A DNA stretch of 64,000 nucleotides from a virus. Positions 27,616 through 36,954 of the stretch are shown piece by piece. Both the position numbers and the translations under genes were made by a program. The DNA lies in IMG/VR virus record IMGVR_UViG_3300050821_024084, positions 1 to 64,000 of that record, one strand, 5' to 3'. Position 1 is the stretch's first letter. The number at the start of each line of letters is the position of its first letter. The notes beneath the pieces were generated by a model that was given only the letters and a program-made list of their open reading frames with translations, was not told the origin of the DNA and ran no database searches.

Positions 27616-29007
27616 TCAGCTGATAGCCGCCTGGATGTGCGGGCTGATGCGGAGGGCATTGGCGATGACCGTCAGTGCCGGATTGACTGCTGATGAGGTC
27701 ACGAACACGGAGGCATCTGCGACGAACAGGTTCGGTATGTCGTGCAGGCTGCCTTCCGGGCTCACGACGGACGTGCGCGACGAGTGCCCCATCCGCAGCG
27801 TGCCGCACTGATGCGCGACTGCTGCCAGCGGCATCTCGCTGCTGAGCGTGACGTACCCTGCGTGATGCAGGATGCGCCGGATGCGGGACCGGAACGTCCG
27901 CGCGCGAGCCGCGTCCTGCGGATCCCGGGTGACCGAGAGCCGGATGCGACCGGAACTCGTGAGCGTCACGGCGTTGCCCGGACGGGGGCTGTCTTCCGTC
28001 ATGAGCCACAGCCCGAGCGCACGCGAGGCGAGCGCGTCAGTCGCAGCTGACGGGAGATGTGCTGCCAGGCGGGACTCGCCGCGCAGCATGCCTCCGGCCG
28101 GACGTCCGGTCATCTGGAGACTGGAGCGCAGCTCCGGCACGTCGTCCAGCATGACAAGGGTCTTGTGGAACCCCTCGTCCGCCGGGCTCAGGCCGTGCCG
28201 GAGTCCCGCAGGCGGGAAGGCGAGCATCGCGGTGCTGATGTGCGCCATGTAGTTCCGTCCCGCCTGACCGGAGTCCCCGCCCAGACCGGAGCGCAGCAGC
28301 AGCGCCGCTGAGTTCACGGCCCCGGCTGCGAGGACGATAGCTCCGGCGGTGAGCGCGGTGCCGTCCTCCAGGATCACCCGGCGAGCCTGACCGCGCTCCG
28401 CCTCGATCCGCTGCACGCACGCCCCGGTACGGAGCGTGACGCCCGGATGACGCAGAGCCCGGCGCAGGGCTACTGTCTCCGCGTCTGCCTTGCCGAGCAC
28501 CGGGCACGGGAAGCCGTCGCAGCGCGCGCAGCGCGAGCATGCTCCGGCGGTTCCGTCGAGCACGCCCGAAGGCGCGGGCGACGGATGCAGGCCCTTGCTC
28601 GTCAGGACATCCGCGAAGGCAGCGACCGCCGGCACGTGCGGAAGCGCGTGCACGTTGTACCAGCGCTCGGCCTCACGGTAGGCTGGCTCCATGTCCGCGC
28701 AGGTCACCGGCCAGGTCGTGAAGTCGTCCGGAGCGAAGCGGAACAGCGCCGCCCCGTAGAACTTCGTCGCCCCGCCGACGTTGTAGTGCACCTGCGGGGT
28801 GAACGGACGGCCGGCCGCGTCGAGCCAGGGATCTGCGCTCACGTAGCGTGAGCGGCAGAACACCTCCTGCGCGTCCCAGTTCTGCGGCTCGCGGGGAACG
28901 TGCGTTCCCCGTTCGAGGATCAGGATGCGCGCGCCCGTCCGCGCCAGCGCGCGGGCGACCGCTGAGCCGCCTGCCCCGGAGCCGATGATGATGAGATCAG
29001 CGTCCAT
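27616..29007 (-). CDS. GMC-family FAD oxidoreductase
   Basis: IIGSGAGG, LILERG, VGGATKFYGA, CSRCARCDGFPC, LAAGAVNSAALLLRS, HQCGTLRMG, NLFVADASVF...NPALTVIANALR. Confidence 0.92.
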   Translation of the reverse strand: MDADLIIIGSGAGGSAVARALARTGARILILERGTHVPREPQNWDAQEVFCRSRYVSADPWLDAAGRPFTPQVHYNVGGATKFYGAALFRFAPDDFTTWPVTCADMEPAYREAERWYNVHALPHVPAVAAFADVLTSKGLHPSPAPSGVLDGTAGACSRCARCDGFPCPVLGKADAETVALRRALRHPGVTLRTGACVQRIEAERGQARRVILEDGTALTAGAIVLAAGAVNSAALLLRSGLGGDSGQAGRNYMAHISTAMLAFPPAGLRHGLSPADEGFHKTLVMLDDVPELRSSLQMTGRPAGGMLRGESRLAAHLPSAATDALASRALGLWLMTEDSPRPGNAVTLTSSGRIRLSVTRDPQDAARARTFRSRIRRILHHAGYVTLSSEMPLAAVAHQCGTLRMGHSSRTSVVSPEGSLHDIPNLFVADASVFVTSSAVNPALTVIANALRISPHIQAAIS

Positions 29008-29892
29008 GGTGTCTTACCTCCCTAGGGTCGTGCGCCGTCTGGCACACGGCACGCGACACGAGCTGGATGCTCGCATCACATGCTCTGTGTCAGCTGAGAA
29101 TCGTGCCGATGAGAATACCGAGCAGGACTCCGGCGGTCACTGCCTCGGCGGTGATCAGGAGCCTGATGAGCGCGGCTCTCATCGTCACAGGCCGCCGTCG
29201 TCGTCAGCTGCGTCACCGTCGGAGCCGTCCGGGTCCTCGTCGTTCCCGGCGAATCGCATGTCGGGCTGCGGCATGGGCTGACCCGGACGCCACGTGCCGG
29301 CGTTCGTCCTGATATCGTGCATGAAATACCAGGCCACGACGATCATGACGCCGAGGATGACGGCGACCACGCAGAAGTACTGAAGTGCGGTCATGTTGCT
29401 TACCTCCCTTGAGATGTGCACCTCCTGGCGCACAACGCGATCCGCGAGCGGCAGGCTCGCGGGTCACGCACTGCGTCAGGGCCTGTCCAGCTCAGCTGCG
29501 AGCAGCGGATGAGCCGGGGCGACGATGACCTCATACCAGGTGCCGTCTGCCGGATCCTGGAAGTAGAAGTAGGAACGCGGATCGAGATCGCCGTACAGGC
29601 TCAGCTCGCCCTCCTGATCGAACTCGATGGTGGTGAACGGGACGTGATTCCTTTACTATCTCCGCCATCTCATGCCGTCGCTCGATGCGGATAGCATGAG
29701 ATGCGGCGGACGAAAGGTCCAGCAGCGTCTGCGACGCCGCCAGCGTCTCCTCGCTCTGGAGTTCTTCCGGGATCGCCTGTACCAGCGTCCGGAGTGCCTC
29801 GCGTAGATCCATCGCTTACCTCCCTTGAGATGCGTGCCGTCTGGCACGCAGCGCACGCCACGTGACAACTGTCACATGACGCACGCAGCGCG

Positions 29893-30306
29893 TCAGCTGC
29901 GACGATGCTCGTGCTGAGCCGGGCACTGCGCGAGCGGCCACACCTTGTCGGCGTAGCCCGTCCGGAGATGACGGGCGACGTAATCGGCGTTGCCGATATT
30001 GTGGACGATGGTGCCGGCGGCCAGCATCCCGATTCCGGTCTCGCGACTGCAGAATCGCAGCCCGGCAGCCAGCTCGGCCTCGTAGATCCGGGCGCTCCAG
30101 CGCTTGTGATCGGTGAGATAGTCCGCCAGTCCCGCCTCGGCCTGCCCGGCGGTGATGCCGTCCAGATCCCGGAAGGCGTTGCGCCTGAGGATCGTCTCGT
30201 TGACGTGCTGGACGGCCCATGCCCATTCCCGGTCGCCCGTCCAGGTGCCGTTGTCAGCGGCGATCGCCGCAGCGAGCGCGGTCAGCGCGGTATCGCGTCG
30301 GTTCAT
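29893..30306 (-). CDS. Hypothetical protein
   Basis: 137 aa; GGAGGTAAG RBS. Confidence 0.65.
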   Translation of the reverse strand: MNRRDTALTALAAAIAADNGTWTGDREWAWAVQHVNETILRRNAFRDLDGITAGQAEAGLADYLTDHKRWSARIYEAELAAGLRFCSRETGIGMLAAGTIVHNIGNADYVARHLRTGYADKVWPLAQCPAQHEHRRS

Positions 30307-30390
30307 GCTTACCTCCCTTGAGATGCTCGTGCGAGCGCACGGGCAGCACCCCTCGCGAGGTCGCCCCTCGTGAAGGATGCTGCGCGTCTC

Positions 30391-30612
30391 TCACGCAATC
30401 TGGCTGACCGGCCCGCCTCGCGCGCGGACGCGCTGCACGAGCCCGGTGAGATCCTTCCTGGTCTCCCGGCTGACGACCGGCTGGCCGTCCAGGTCCAGGC
30501 AGGTCATCTCTCCGTTGCGATCGGTGATGACCAGGTAGTACCCGTCGTCGATCTCGTAGGTCGTGGTCCCGTAGCGCGTCGTGCGCGCCCAGGTGACCCG
30601 GAATCTGCTCAT
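30391..30612 (-). CDS. Small hypothetical protein
   Basis: 73 aa; GGAGGTAAG RBS. Confidence 0.55.
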   Translation of the reverse strand: MSRFRVTWARTTRYGTTTYEIDDGYYLVITDRNGEMTCLDLDGQPVVSRETRKDLTGLVQRVRARGGPVSQIA

Positions 30613-30778
30613 TCCTGCTTACCTCCTCTGGCTGCGCGGGTATCGCGCAGCACCGCCCGCGACGGATGTCGCGGGCGATGCAACGGTTACCCGCCGGTAA
30701 CTCGCTGTCGCTGATCTCGCCCATGTCGATGAGCATCGCGCGGGCCTCGCCGGCGCGTGTCCTGCGCGACGCTGCGAG

Positions 30779-30904
30779 CTAGAACTCGTCGTCGTCGTCG
30801 TCGTCGTCGCTGCTGAGTCCCGGGTTGCCTGTGTCGAACTGGCGTTCGATTTCGGCCGGGGTGAATCCGGCTCCCTGAAGAGCGTCCCAGCTGGCCGGGC
30901 TCAT
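30779..30904 (-). CDS. 41-aa peptide with poly-Asp tail
   Basis: MSPASWDALQGAGFTPAEIERQFDTGNPGLSSDDDDDDDEF; GGAGG RBS; explains the (GTC)n tract. Confidence 0.5.
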   Translation of the reverse strand: MSPASWDALQGAGFTPAEIERQFDTGNPGLSSDDDDDDDEF

Positions 30905-31124
30905 GACTGAGCCTCCGGCCGGGCGTGCCGTCCGGTGGCGGGAAGCTGAGCCGCCGCGCGGGCGAGCAGCTCCTGCTCCAGCTGGCTGATCCGCTCCAGC
31001 AGCCTCTGACGGCTGACGCCGGCGGTCGTGGTCGTGGTCATTGCCCCTTACCTCCTTACTCTGCGTGATCGGTTGATCACACTAGACCGCTCCGGGGCGG
31101 CTGCCCCGGAACGATCTGGCGTGG

Positions 31125-31994
31125 TCAGGCCGTGACGGCCGAGGGCTCGCGGGCGGACGTGTCCGTGTCCGTGACCTCTTCCGAACTGGTGTTCGATTCC
31201 GGCGCGGGGGCCGGAGCCGGAGCCGGAGCCTCGGCGGGGACCGGGAACCCGAAACCGGGATCGTGGGCGCCCTGGTAGAGGGCCAGCAGCGAGACCGGCG
31301 CGGCGTTGATCTTGAACTTGCGGGTCAGGCCGCCGCGTCGCACCGGGTAGTGCGATCCGAGCCACGCCCCGGAGGCGTCCTCGGCCGCCTGGATGACGGC
31401 GCGACGATCCGCACTGGTGTTCGTATCCGCGACCCGCGAGTCGTGGATCATTTGCGCTAGGCGCACGCCGGTGCGCAGGATGGAACCGCGCATCATGCGC
31501 AATTCGTCGTACGATTTGTACGACGAATTAGTTTTCGAATTCGAACGGTAGTTCGAACCGGCGAGCTTGCCGGCGTCGTCCAGCACTGCACTGACCTGCG
31601 AGAATAGCGCAGCCAGTGGTTTATGAGCACCCTCCGTGACTGCTATACGGAGCGTAACCGGCGACCGATTCGTGCTGTCGTGCGTTGACCCGTCGTAACC
31701 GCCTGCTGCACCGAACGTAGCCGCCGCGATGGCTAGGTGCGCCACGGCACGAGCCGGACCGTTGCCGCTTGCGCCCGGGATCTCCCAGGTGAACTCGGAG
31801 ATTTCGCCCGTGTGTTCGACGGTTGCGGCTAGTAGCGCAGCGTGCATGAGTGCTGACATCTTGTCATCCTCATTGTCACTCTGCGTAACCATGTGGAGAA
31901 GCGATTCAAAAGTCGCGTTCTCGTCCGTAACCGTGTCGTTCTGTGCGGTTGCCGGTGTGGTTGCCGGTGTGGTTGTGCGCTTACGTGATGGCAT
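31125..31994 (-). CDS. Hypothetical protein, apparent paralog of 9594-10121
   Basis: ATG 31994 after GGAGGTAAG; GNGPARAVAH...FGA...SPVTLRIAV. Confidence 0.7.
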   Translation of the reverse strand: MPSRKRTTTPATTPATAQNDTVTDENATFESLLHMVTQSDNEDDKMSALMHAALLAATVEHTGEISEFTWEIPGASGNGPARAVAHLAIAAATFGAAGGYDGSTHDSTNRSPVTLRIAVTEGAHKPLAALFSQVSAVLDDAGKLAGSNYRSNSKTNSSYKSYDELRMMRGSILRTGVRLAQMIHDSRVADTNTSADRRAVIQAAEDASGAWLGSHYPVRRGGLTRKFKINAAPVSLLALYQGAHDPGFGFPVPAEAPAPAPAPAPESNTSSEEVTDTDTSAREPSAVTA

Positions 31995-32120
31995 TTGCTT
32001 ACCTCCGTTGGGTTGTGTTTCATTGCCCGAGCGGGCAACACCGAATACGTATTCCAATCATGATGATTGAAGATTGAAGATTGAACACGTGTTCGATGCA
32101 ATTCGCTGGGAAATGGCGCG

Positions 32121-32378
32121 CTAAGAACGCGCGATAACGCGCGAGTCGACAGAATCGGATATGACATCGGTAATGGCGCTGATTGCGTCTGGATCACCGT
32201 GAAATCGGACGATATAACTGTCCGCAACTTCCCATGAAACCGCGCAATCGAAGATATCGATACCCGCTTCGCGCAAGACCAGCGCAGAAAGCAGATTCGA
32301 TATCTCGTCAGAACTGAAACCGGGAAACAGGTCATTCGGGTCATCGTAAATCACGGTGACACTCGCCATGTCTGGCAT
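32121..32378 (-). CDS. Small acidic hypothetical protein
   Basis: 85 aa; GGAGGTAAG RBS. Confidence 0.6.
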   Translation of the reverse strand: MPDMASVTVIYDDPNDLFPGFSSDEISNLLSALVLREAGIDIFDCAVSWEVADSYIVRFHGDPDAISAITDVISDSVDSRVIARS

Positions 32379-32447
32379 GCCGCTTACCTCCTTGGAATTG
32401 CCCTAGCGGGCAACACGGTGCACACATCGTGCGCACCATGCAATTCG

Positions 32448-32846
32448 CTAGGAACACATGCACGCGCCATTCCTGGCACGCAGCGTACGGCATATCCCGC
32501 ACACGTTCCGGGGGTCACGCATAAACCGCTTGTGATTCCCGGACAGCACCGCTACCGGCTTTCCGGATTCGTTGTAGCTGTTCGGGCGCGTGATTCCGGC
32601 GACTTCTAGTTCCGCTTGCCGTTCCGCAACTTGCGCAATAAAAAGTGCGTACGCCTGCGGCCCCATTTCCTCAAGCAAAGGATGCGGAGGGCGATCGGCA
32701 ATCATGTGCGTCTTTCCAGCGCTACGGCGCTGGAGATTCACCATGCCATTCTCACGCCTGTTGAGCGCAATCTGACCGGCACGCCGCGATGCTTTCCACG
32801 GTTGCGTGATCTTGCTGGCCTTAGGTGCTTTACCTGGCTTTGCCAT
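32448..32846 (-). CDS. Basic hypothetical protein
   Basis: 132 aa; GGAGGTAAG RBS. Confidence 0.65.
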   Translation of the reverse strand: MAKPGKAPKASKITQPWKASRRAGQIALNRRENGMVNLQRRSAGKTHMIADRPPHPLLEEMGPQAYALFIAQVAERQAELEVAGITRPNSYNESGKPVAVLSGNHKRFMRDPRNVCGICRTLRARNGACMCS

Positions 32847-33053
32847 TACTTACCTCCTTGGCGCCCTAAACGAGCAACACAGCGCACACATCGTGCGCGC
32901 CATGCAATTCGTCAGGACTTGCCGGTAAACGGGTGATGATCCGGATAGGCGATATGCCCATCTCTACCACCCCCACCCGCATGCAAGAATGGCAACCGCG
33001 AGGATTGCCGCTATCGCGTAGGCGTGAATGACGTATTTCATTTCCCTTACCTC

Positions 33054-33336
33054 CGTTCGCGGGGGATTATCCGCGCGGAAAGCCAGATGGGCAAGATAAC
33101 TGCAACGCTTGCGCGCTTTTTACGCAATTGCCCGGACTCACTTCGTCCGAATTACGGCAACAACCGAGTCCACCTGACTAACCGTGCGAATACGGGCCAC
33201 ATACGGCAAGCCGCATTAGTGAACCGCACCGCGTTCGCGGGGGATTATCCGCGCGGAAGGCCACGCCAGAATTCAGCGTGGCCAACCGTGCGAATACGGG
33301 CCACATACGGCAAGCCGCATCGGTGAACCGCACCGC
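33054..33336. repeat. Interleaved direct repeats (27 bp x2; about 53 bp x2)
   Basis: CGTTCGCGGGGGATTATCCGCGCGGAA at 33054 and 33232; AACCGTGCGAATACGGGCCACATACGGCAAGCCGCAT..GTGAACCGCACCGC at 33180 and 33284. Confidence 0.8.
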
Positions 33337-34160
33337 ATACCCAAAGGTAGGTAAGGTAAGCAATATGCGTCACTGCCAATGCCATTACGGGGGGTTCATG
33401 TTCCGCGCTGTAAAAGCCGCGCCCGTGCAATTCCACGGGACCTATCTACGGTATCCCTTTCGGGTGTTACCTCACCGTTGGCACTGGTGACCGCCTGGTA
33501 AACCAGGCGGATTAACGCTATTGATTGGCGGAATCGGCCACGGGCCCATGCAGCTTGCGAAACTACCGCGTACCGCATTTCGTGCGCCCACTACGTACCT
33601 TGCATTCTGCCCGCTTATGGCGTGGCCCAACTGCTTGCGCAGCCTGGTTGGACCATAAACGAGGTTTGGCCGACCCCTATGGTGTTATGCATTTCCCCAA
33701 CACGCGGCCTAGGCGAAATGCCCTAGGCGGGGGGCGCGCCCCGTGGGGGCGGCGCGCCGTGCTTTGAATTTGTATTGCACTACACACACTGGTGTAAGGG
33801 CACCGAATTTGTCAACAGCCTGTTGCCATTCTGTTCCCCTTTCGTTATCGTTCTGTTACCTGCGCCCGTTGCGCGCCCCTGTAAGCCACCATAAGCCACG
33901 CGCCGGCGCGCCCTAGTACCTGCCACGGGGGTGTGCCCTACAGGCCCGCAGCGTGGCGCGCAGCGCCGTGCACGGGCACCTAGCGCACGGGCGCACCCGC
34001 CCCTGTGCGTGGCCAGGGTGCGCTGTGCTGGCCTGCCACGGGCAGGCCCATACCGGCGTACGGGTAGCGCCATGCAGGCTGGTACAGGCACCCAGCTGGC
34101 GCGCCTGGTAATAGTTGCTTAGGTTAAGCAACGTTCTGACCAGGCATTATGTGCATGTTA

Positions 34161-34351
34161 GTTAGGTGTGCTAACCATTGTGTGACCACTAGTTAGCACA
34201 ACTAATGGTATTCATTAGCATTGCTAACATGTGTGCGCATGCGCCGGCACGCATATTAGTTAGCAATACTAACGAGCTGGCGCACTGGTTAGCGCGCCTA
34301 ATGATATTTCATTTGCATTGCTAACGATATACGTTAGTTAGTGATGCTAAC
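34161..34351. repeat. Seven 15-bp dyads RTTAG-N5-CTAAY
   Basis: At 34161, 34192, 34214, 34259, 34288, 34311 (imperfect), 34337. Confidence 0.85.
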
Positions 34352-34582
34352 GATCCGTCCGCACGCGTGTTCGAACTATTGTGTACTGATCAGTACACAA
34401 TAGTGGCTTTTTTCGAATTTGTACCCCGGCAATCTACCCCCCGCACCAGCCCCCTCCCCACACCCCCTAAAGCTCGAAAACATTTTCGAATTTTCCACCT
34501 CACCAGCCCCCCCGCCCCATCCTCCAAAGTTCGAAAACATTTTCGAATCCGCCGCACCGGCCCGCCATGCTATGCTGGCCTT

Positions 34583-35077
34583 ATGCACATACGCCTGGCC
34601 GCTGTCACCATCCTCACCGACGCTTCCGCTCGCGTCCTGCTCGGCATCCGAGGACCCGGCACCGGTGCCGGACTCTGGGGTCTGCCGGGGGGTCACTGCG
34701 ACCCTGGCGAGTCTCCGCGCGCCTGCGCCGCGCGTGAGCTGACCGAGGAGACGTCTCTCCGCGCGCACCCGGACGCTCTGACGTTCGCCCTGGTGTCCGG
34801 CCGACCGGCGTTCACCGTCCCGGACACCACCTACATCGAATTCATTTTCGAATGCTCGCGCGTCGCCGGCACGCCCCGGGACACCCCCGAGATGCACAGC
34901 TGGACCTGGTTCTCCCCGGCTGCGCTCCCGCCTGCCGCTGCGATGTTCCCGCCTGCCCGGGGGGTCATCACCGCCTGGCTCCAGGGGGAGCGCTGCGCCT
35001 GGCGGACCGCCTCCGACCCCGCCCTCAATCCCGAACACCAGTTCTACACCGTCCCCGGGCATCAGTCCGGGACATGA
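34583..35077 (+). CDS. NUDIX hydrolase
   Basis: Nudix box GGHCDPGESPRACAARELTEETSL; TATGCT 6 nt before ATG (leaderless). Confidence 0.9.
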   Translation: MHIRLAAVTILTDASARVLLGIRGPGTGAGLWGLPGGHCDPGESPRACAARELTEETSLRAHPDALTFALVSGRPAFTVPDTTYIEFIFECSRVAGTPRDTPEMHSWTWFSPAALPPAAAMFPPARGVITAWLQGERCAWRTASDPALNPEHQFYTVPGHQSGT

Positions 35078-35147
35078 CACACCTGGTTCTGTGACCGGGG
35101 GGTCCAGGGGGGATGCTCCGGCTCTCGTCAGCTCCAGCGCAGACGAC

Positions 35148-35876
35148 TCACGGGTACCTGGTATCCGGCGCACCTGGCCCTGCGTCTGCCGATCGCCGGG
35201 CCAGACCGTAGATCCACTCTCCGGGGTATGCCGGATGCCCGTAGCCGACGCGACCGGCGAGCTCGGTTTTCCTCACATCCGTCCGCCACGGACGAACCGT
35301 CAGCGTGATGACCTCGCAGTCGGCCGCGTCCAGGATAGTCCAGAGCTCAGCTGGCTGATGATACCGGAAGTAGCGCGGGGCTCCGAGCCGGGCGGTCTCG
35401 TACTCGTCGCCGTCGCCGCGACGCGTGCAGAACGCGAAGACCCCGCCGGGCCGGAGGACCGACCGGATCCACCCGAGCGCGATGCGCAGCTCCCGGATGG
35501 TGAAGTGATGCAGGACCGCCGCCGCCAGAACTCCGTCGAATCGATGGTCGACGGGCGGGTCCGTCAGGACATTGATGCTCCAGACGTCCTGTCCCTGAGC
35601 GCGAAGATAGTCCGCGAATGCCGGGGTGACGTCGCTGCGCTGCACGTCCGCGCCGAGCTGTTCCAGCACGCGAGCATCGCGTCCGTGAGCGGAGCCGATC
35701 TCCAGCACGCGCGGACGTCCGGCATCGGGTCCGCCCGACGTGAGCTCCTGACAGAAGTCCGTCAGCCACAAATCATACCAGGGAGGATATGTGACTGAGA
35801 CACTCCGCGCGATGTACGCGGCGGCATGTGCCTGATAGGTCTGAAGAGTGACGACGGACGGATCGGGACTGTTCAT
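35148..35876 (-). CDS. Class I SAM-dependent methyltransferase
   Basis: VLEIGSAHGRDA, FDGVLAAAVLHH, VLRPGGVFAF. Confidence 0.85.
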   Translation of the reverse strand: MNSPDPSVVTLQTYQAHAAAYIARSVSVTYPPWYDLWLTDFCQELTSGGPDAGRPRVLEIGSAHGRDARVLEQLGADVQRSDVTPAFADYLRAQGQDVWSINVLTDPPVDHRFDGVLAAAVLHHFTIRELRIALGWIRSVLRPGGVFAFCTRRGDGDEYETARLGAPRYFRYHQPAELWTILDAADCEVITLTVRPWRTDVRKTELAGRVGYGHPAYPGEWIYGLARRSADAGPGAPDTRYP

Positions 35877-35893
35877 GAGAAGCCTTTCGTCTG

Positions 35894-35909
35894 TAGAACT
35901 GATGTTCGA
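35894..35909. promoter_or_regulatory. LexA/SOS-like box
   Basis: TAGAAC-TGAT-GTTCGA, about 18 bp upstream of the methyltransferase start. Confidence 0.55.
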
Positions 35910-35943
35910 TAACTGCCAGGCGAGCGACCCGGACTGACAGCAG

Positions 35944-36279
35944 GTGGTGCAGGCCCCCGGGACACTGGTCATCGACACCGCCGGCGACATCCTGGCGTTC
36001 AACACACCGTACGGCAACACGACGATGGCCATCGTGCAGTCCGAGTACTTCATGATCTATCAGGACAGCGGTGCGTCGCAGGGCGTGCCGATCTTCACGT
36101 TCAGCAACGGCGTGTATACCGATCCGTTCAGCAACACCATCGGCGGCGGTTTGTTCCTCGGTCAGGTCGGGACGCCGACCACGTCGCCGACTGCGGGCAT
36201 CCAGCTGTACGTGGATGCGTCCGGGAACCTGAAGGCGCTCACGCAGGACGGGAACACGCGGACCATTGCTGCGGTGTGA
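35944..36279 (+). CDS. Hypothetical protein resembling a virion/tail-fibre fragment
   Basis: G/T/S-rich beta-type sequence, PTAGIQLYVDASGNLKA..DG. Confidence 0.45.
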   Translation: MVQAPGTLVIDTAGDILAFNTPYGNTTMAIVQSEYFMIYQDSGASQGVPIFTFSNGVYTDPFSNTIGGGLFLGQVGTPTTSPTAGIQLYVDASGNLKALTQDGNTRTIAAV

Positions 36280-36355
36280 GCGTCAGCGCTTTGTTTCGTG
36301 GACGGATAAGACGTCGTCCTGAGATCTCCTCAGACACCATGCGCACTGACACGTT

Positions 36356-36416
36356 CAGTCTAGCCTAGCCTGTCCTGTCCCATCCTTGTCTTTCCAAGCC
36401 ACTCCCTGAGTTACGC
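36356..36416 (-). repeat. Orphan pentamer-periodic unit of the same type as the 1460-1948 array
   Basis: Plus strand: ca gtc ta gcc ta gcc tg tcc tg tcc ca tcc tt gtc tt tcc aa gcc ac tcc ct GAGTTACGC (delimiter-like). Confidence 0.8.
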
Positions 36417-36666
36417 TGTGTAACTATCGCCTACCTGGCTAGGCGATGCTACCAGTGCGTCCGCTCGTGACGTCCGCGCAGCTGCTCGTCCGTCGGGACG
36501 ACGGGGAGCTTGTCGCTGAGATGCCACAGGACGCACATGCTGGCGAGATCCACTGCGGCGTACAGGAACTGGAACGGGAGCTGTCGCAGGACGAACTCCA
36601 TCAGATCGCCCAGACCGATGAGTCCCTGGATGCCTGCCAGGACACGAAGCAGGAGGATGCGTGCAT

Positions 36667-36921
36667 TCATGATAGCGGAGTGACCTTCCTGGGGGTGGAG
36701 CGCGGTCGGATGGGGATCTGCATCGCTACGATGTCGCGATGCACCTGCGTGTAGCTGACGCCGGTCGCAGCGGCGATGGCACGCATGCTGTAACCGAGCG
36801 CGTACATGCGCTGGACGGTGAGCTGTCGACTCACCTCCCGGAGCCGGACGGTCCAGTACGCGAACGCGGTCGCGTTGCCGTCCGGATAGCCGCGCATCGG
36901 TCCGGCGAGATAGATCTCCAT
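36667..36921 (-). CDS. DUF4406-like N-terminus fused to an HTH-like segment
   Basis: IYLAGPMRGYPDGNATAF then GYSMRAIAAATGVSYTQVHRDI. Confidence 0.55.
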   Translation of the reverse strand: MEIYLAGPMRGYPDGNATAFAYWTVRLREVSRQLTVQRMYALGYSMRAIAAATGVSYTQVHRDIVAMQIPIRPRSTPRKVTPLS

Positions 36922-36937
36922 GCAGCTCCTTCATCGA

Positions 36938-36953
36938 TCGAACTGATGTTCGT
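36938..36953. promoter_or_regulatory. LexA/SOS-like box
   Basis: TCGAAC-TGAT-GTTCGT upstream of 36921. Confidence 0.6.
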
Positions 36954-36954
36954 A

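Noticed and set aside
30786-30809. (GTC)n microsatellite as a regulatory repeat
   Set aside because: It is explained as the poly-Asp tail of a 41-aa minus-strand ORF.
21722-32916. Integron attC cassette array
   Set aside because: There are no consistent RYYYAAC/GTTRRRY ends and no integron integrase in the window. The region is kept only as a structured intergenic module.
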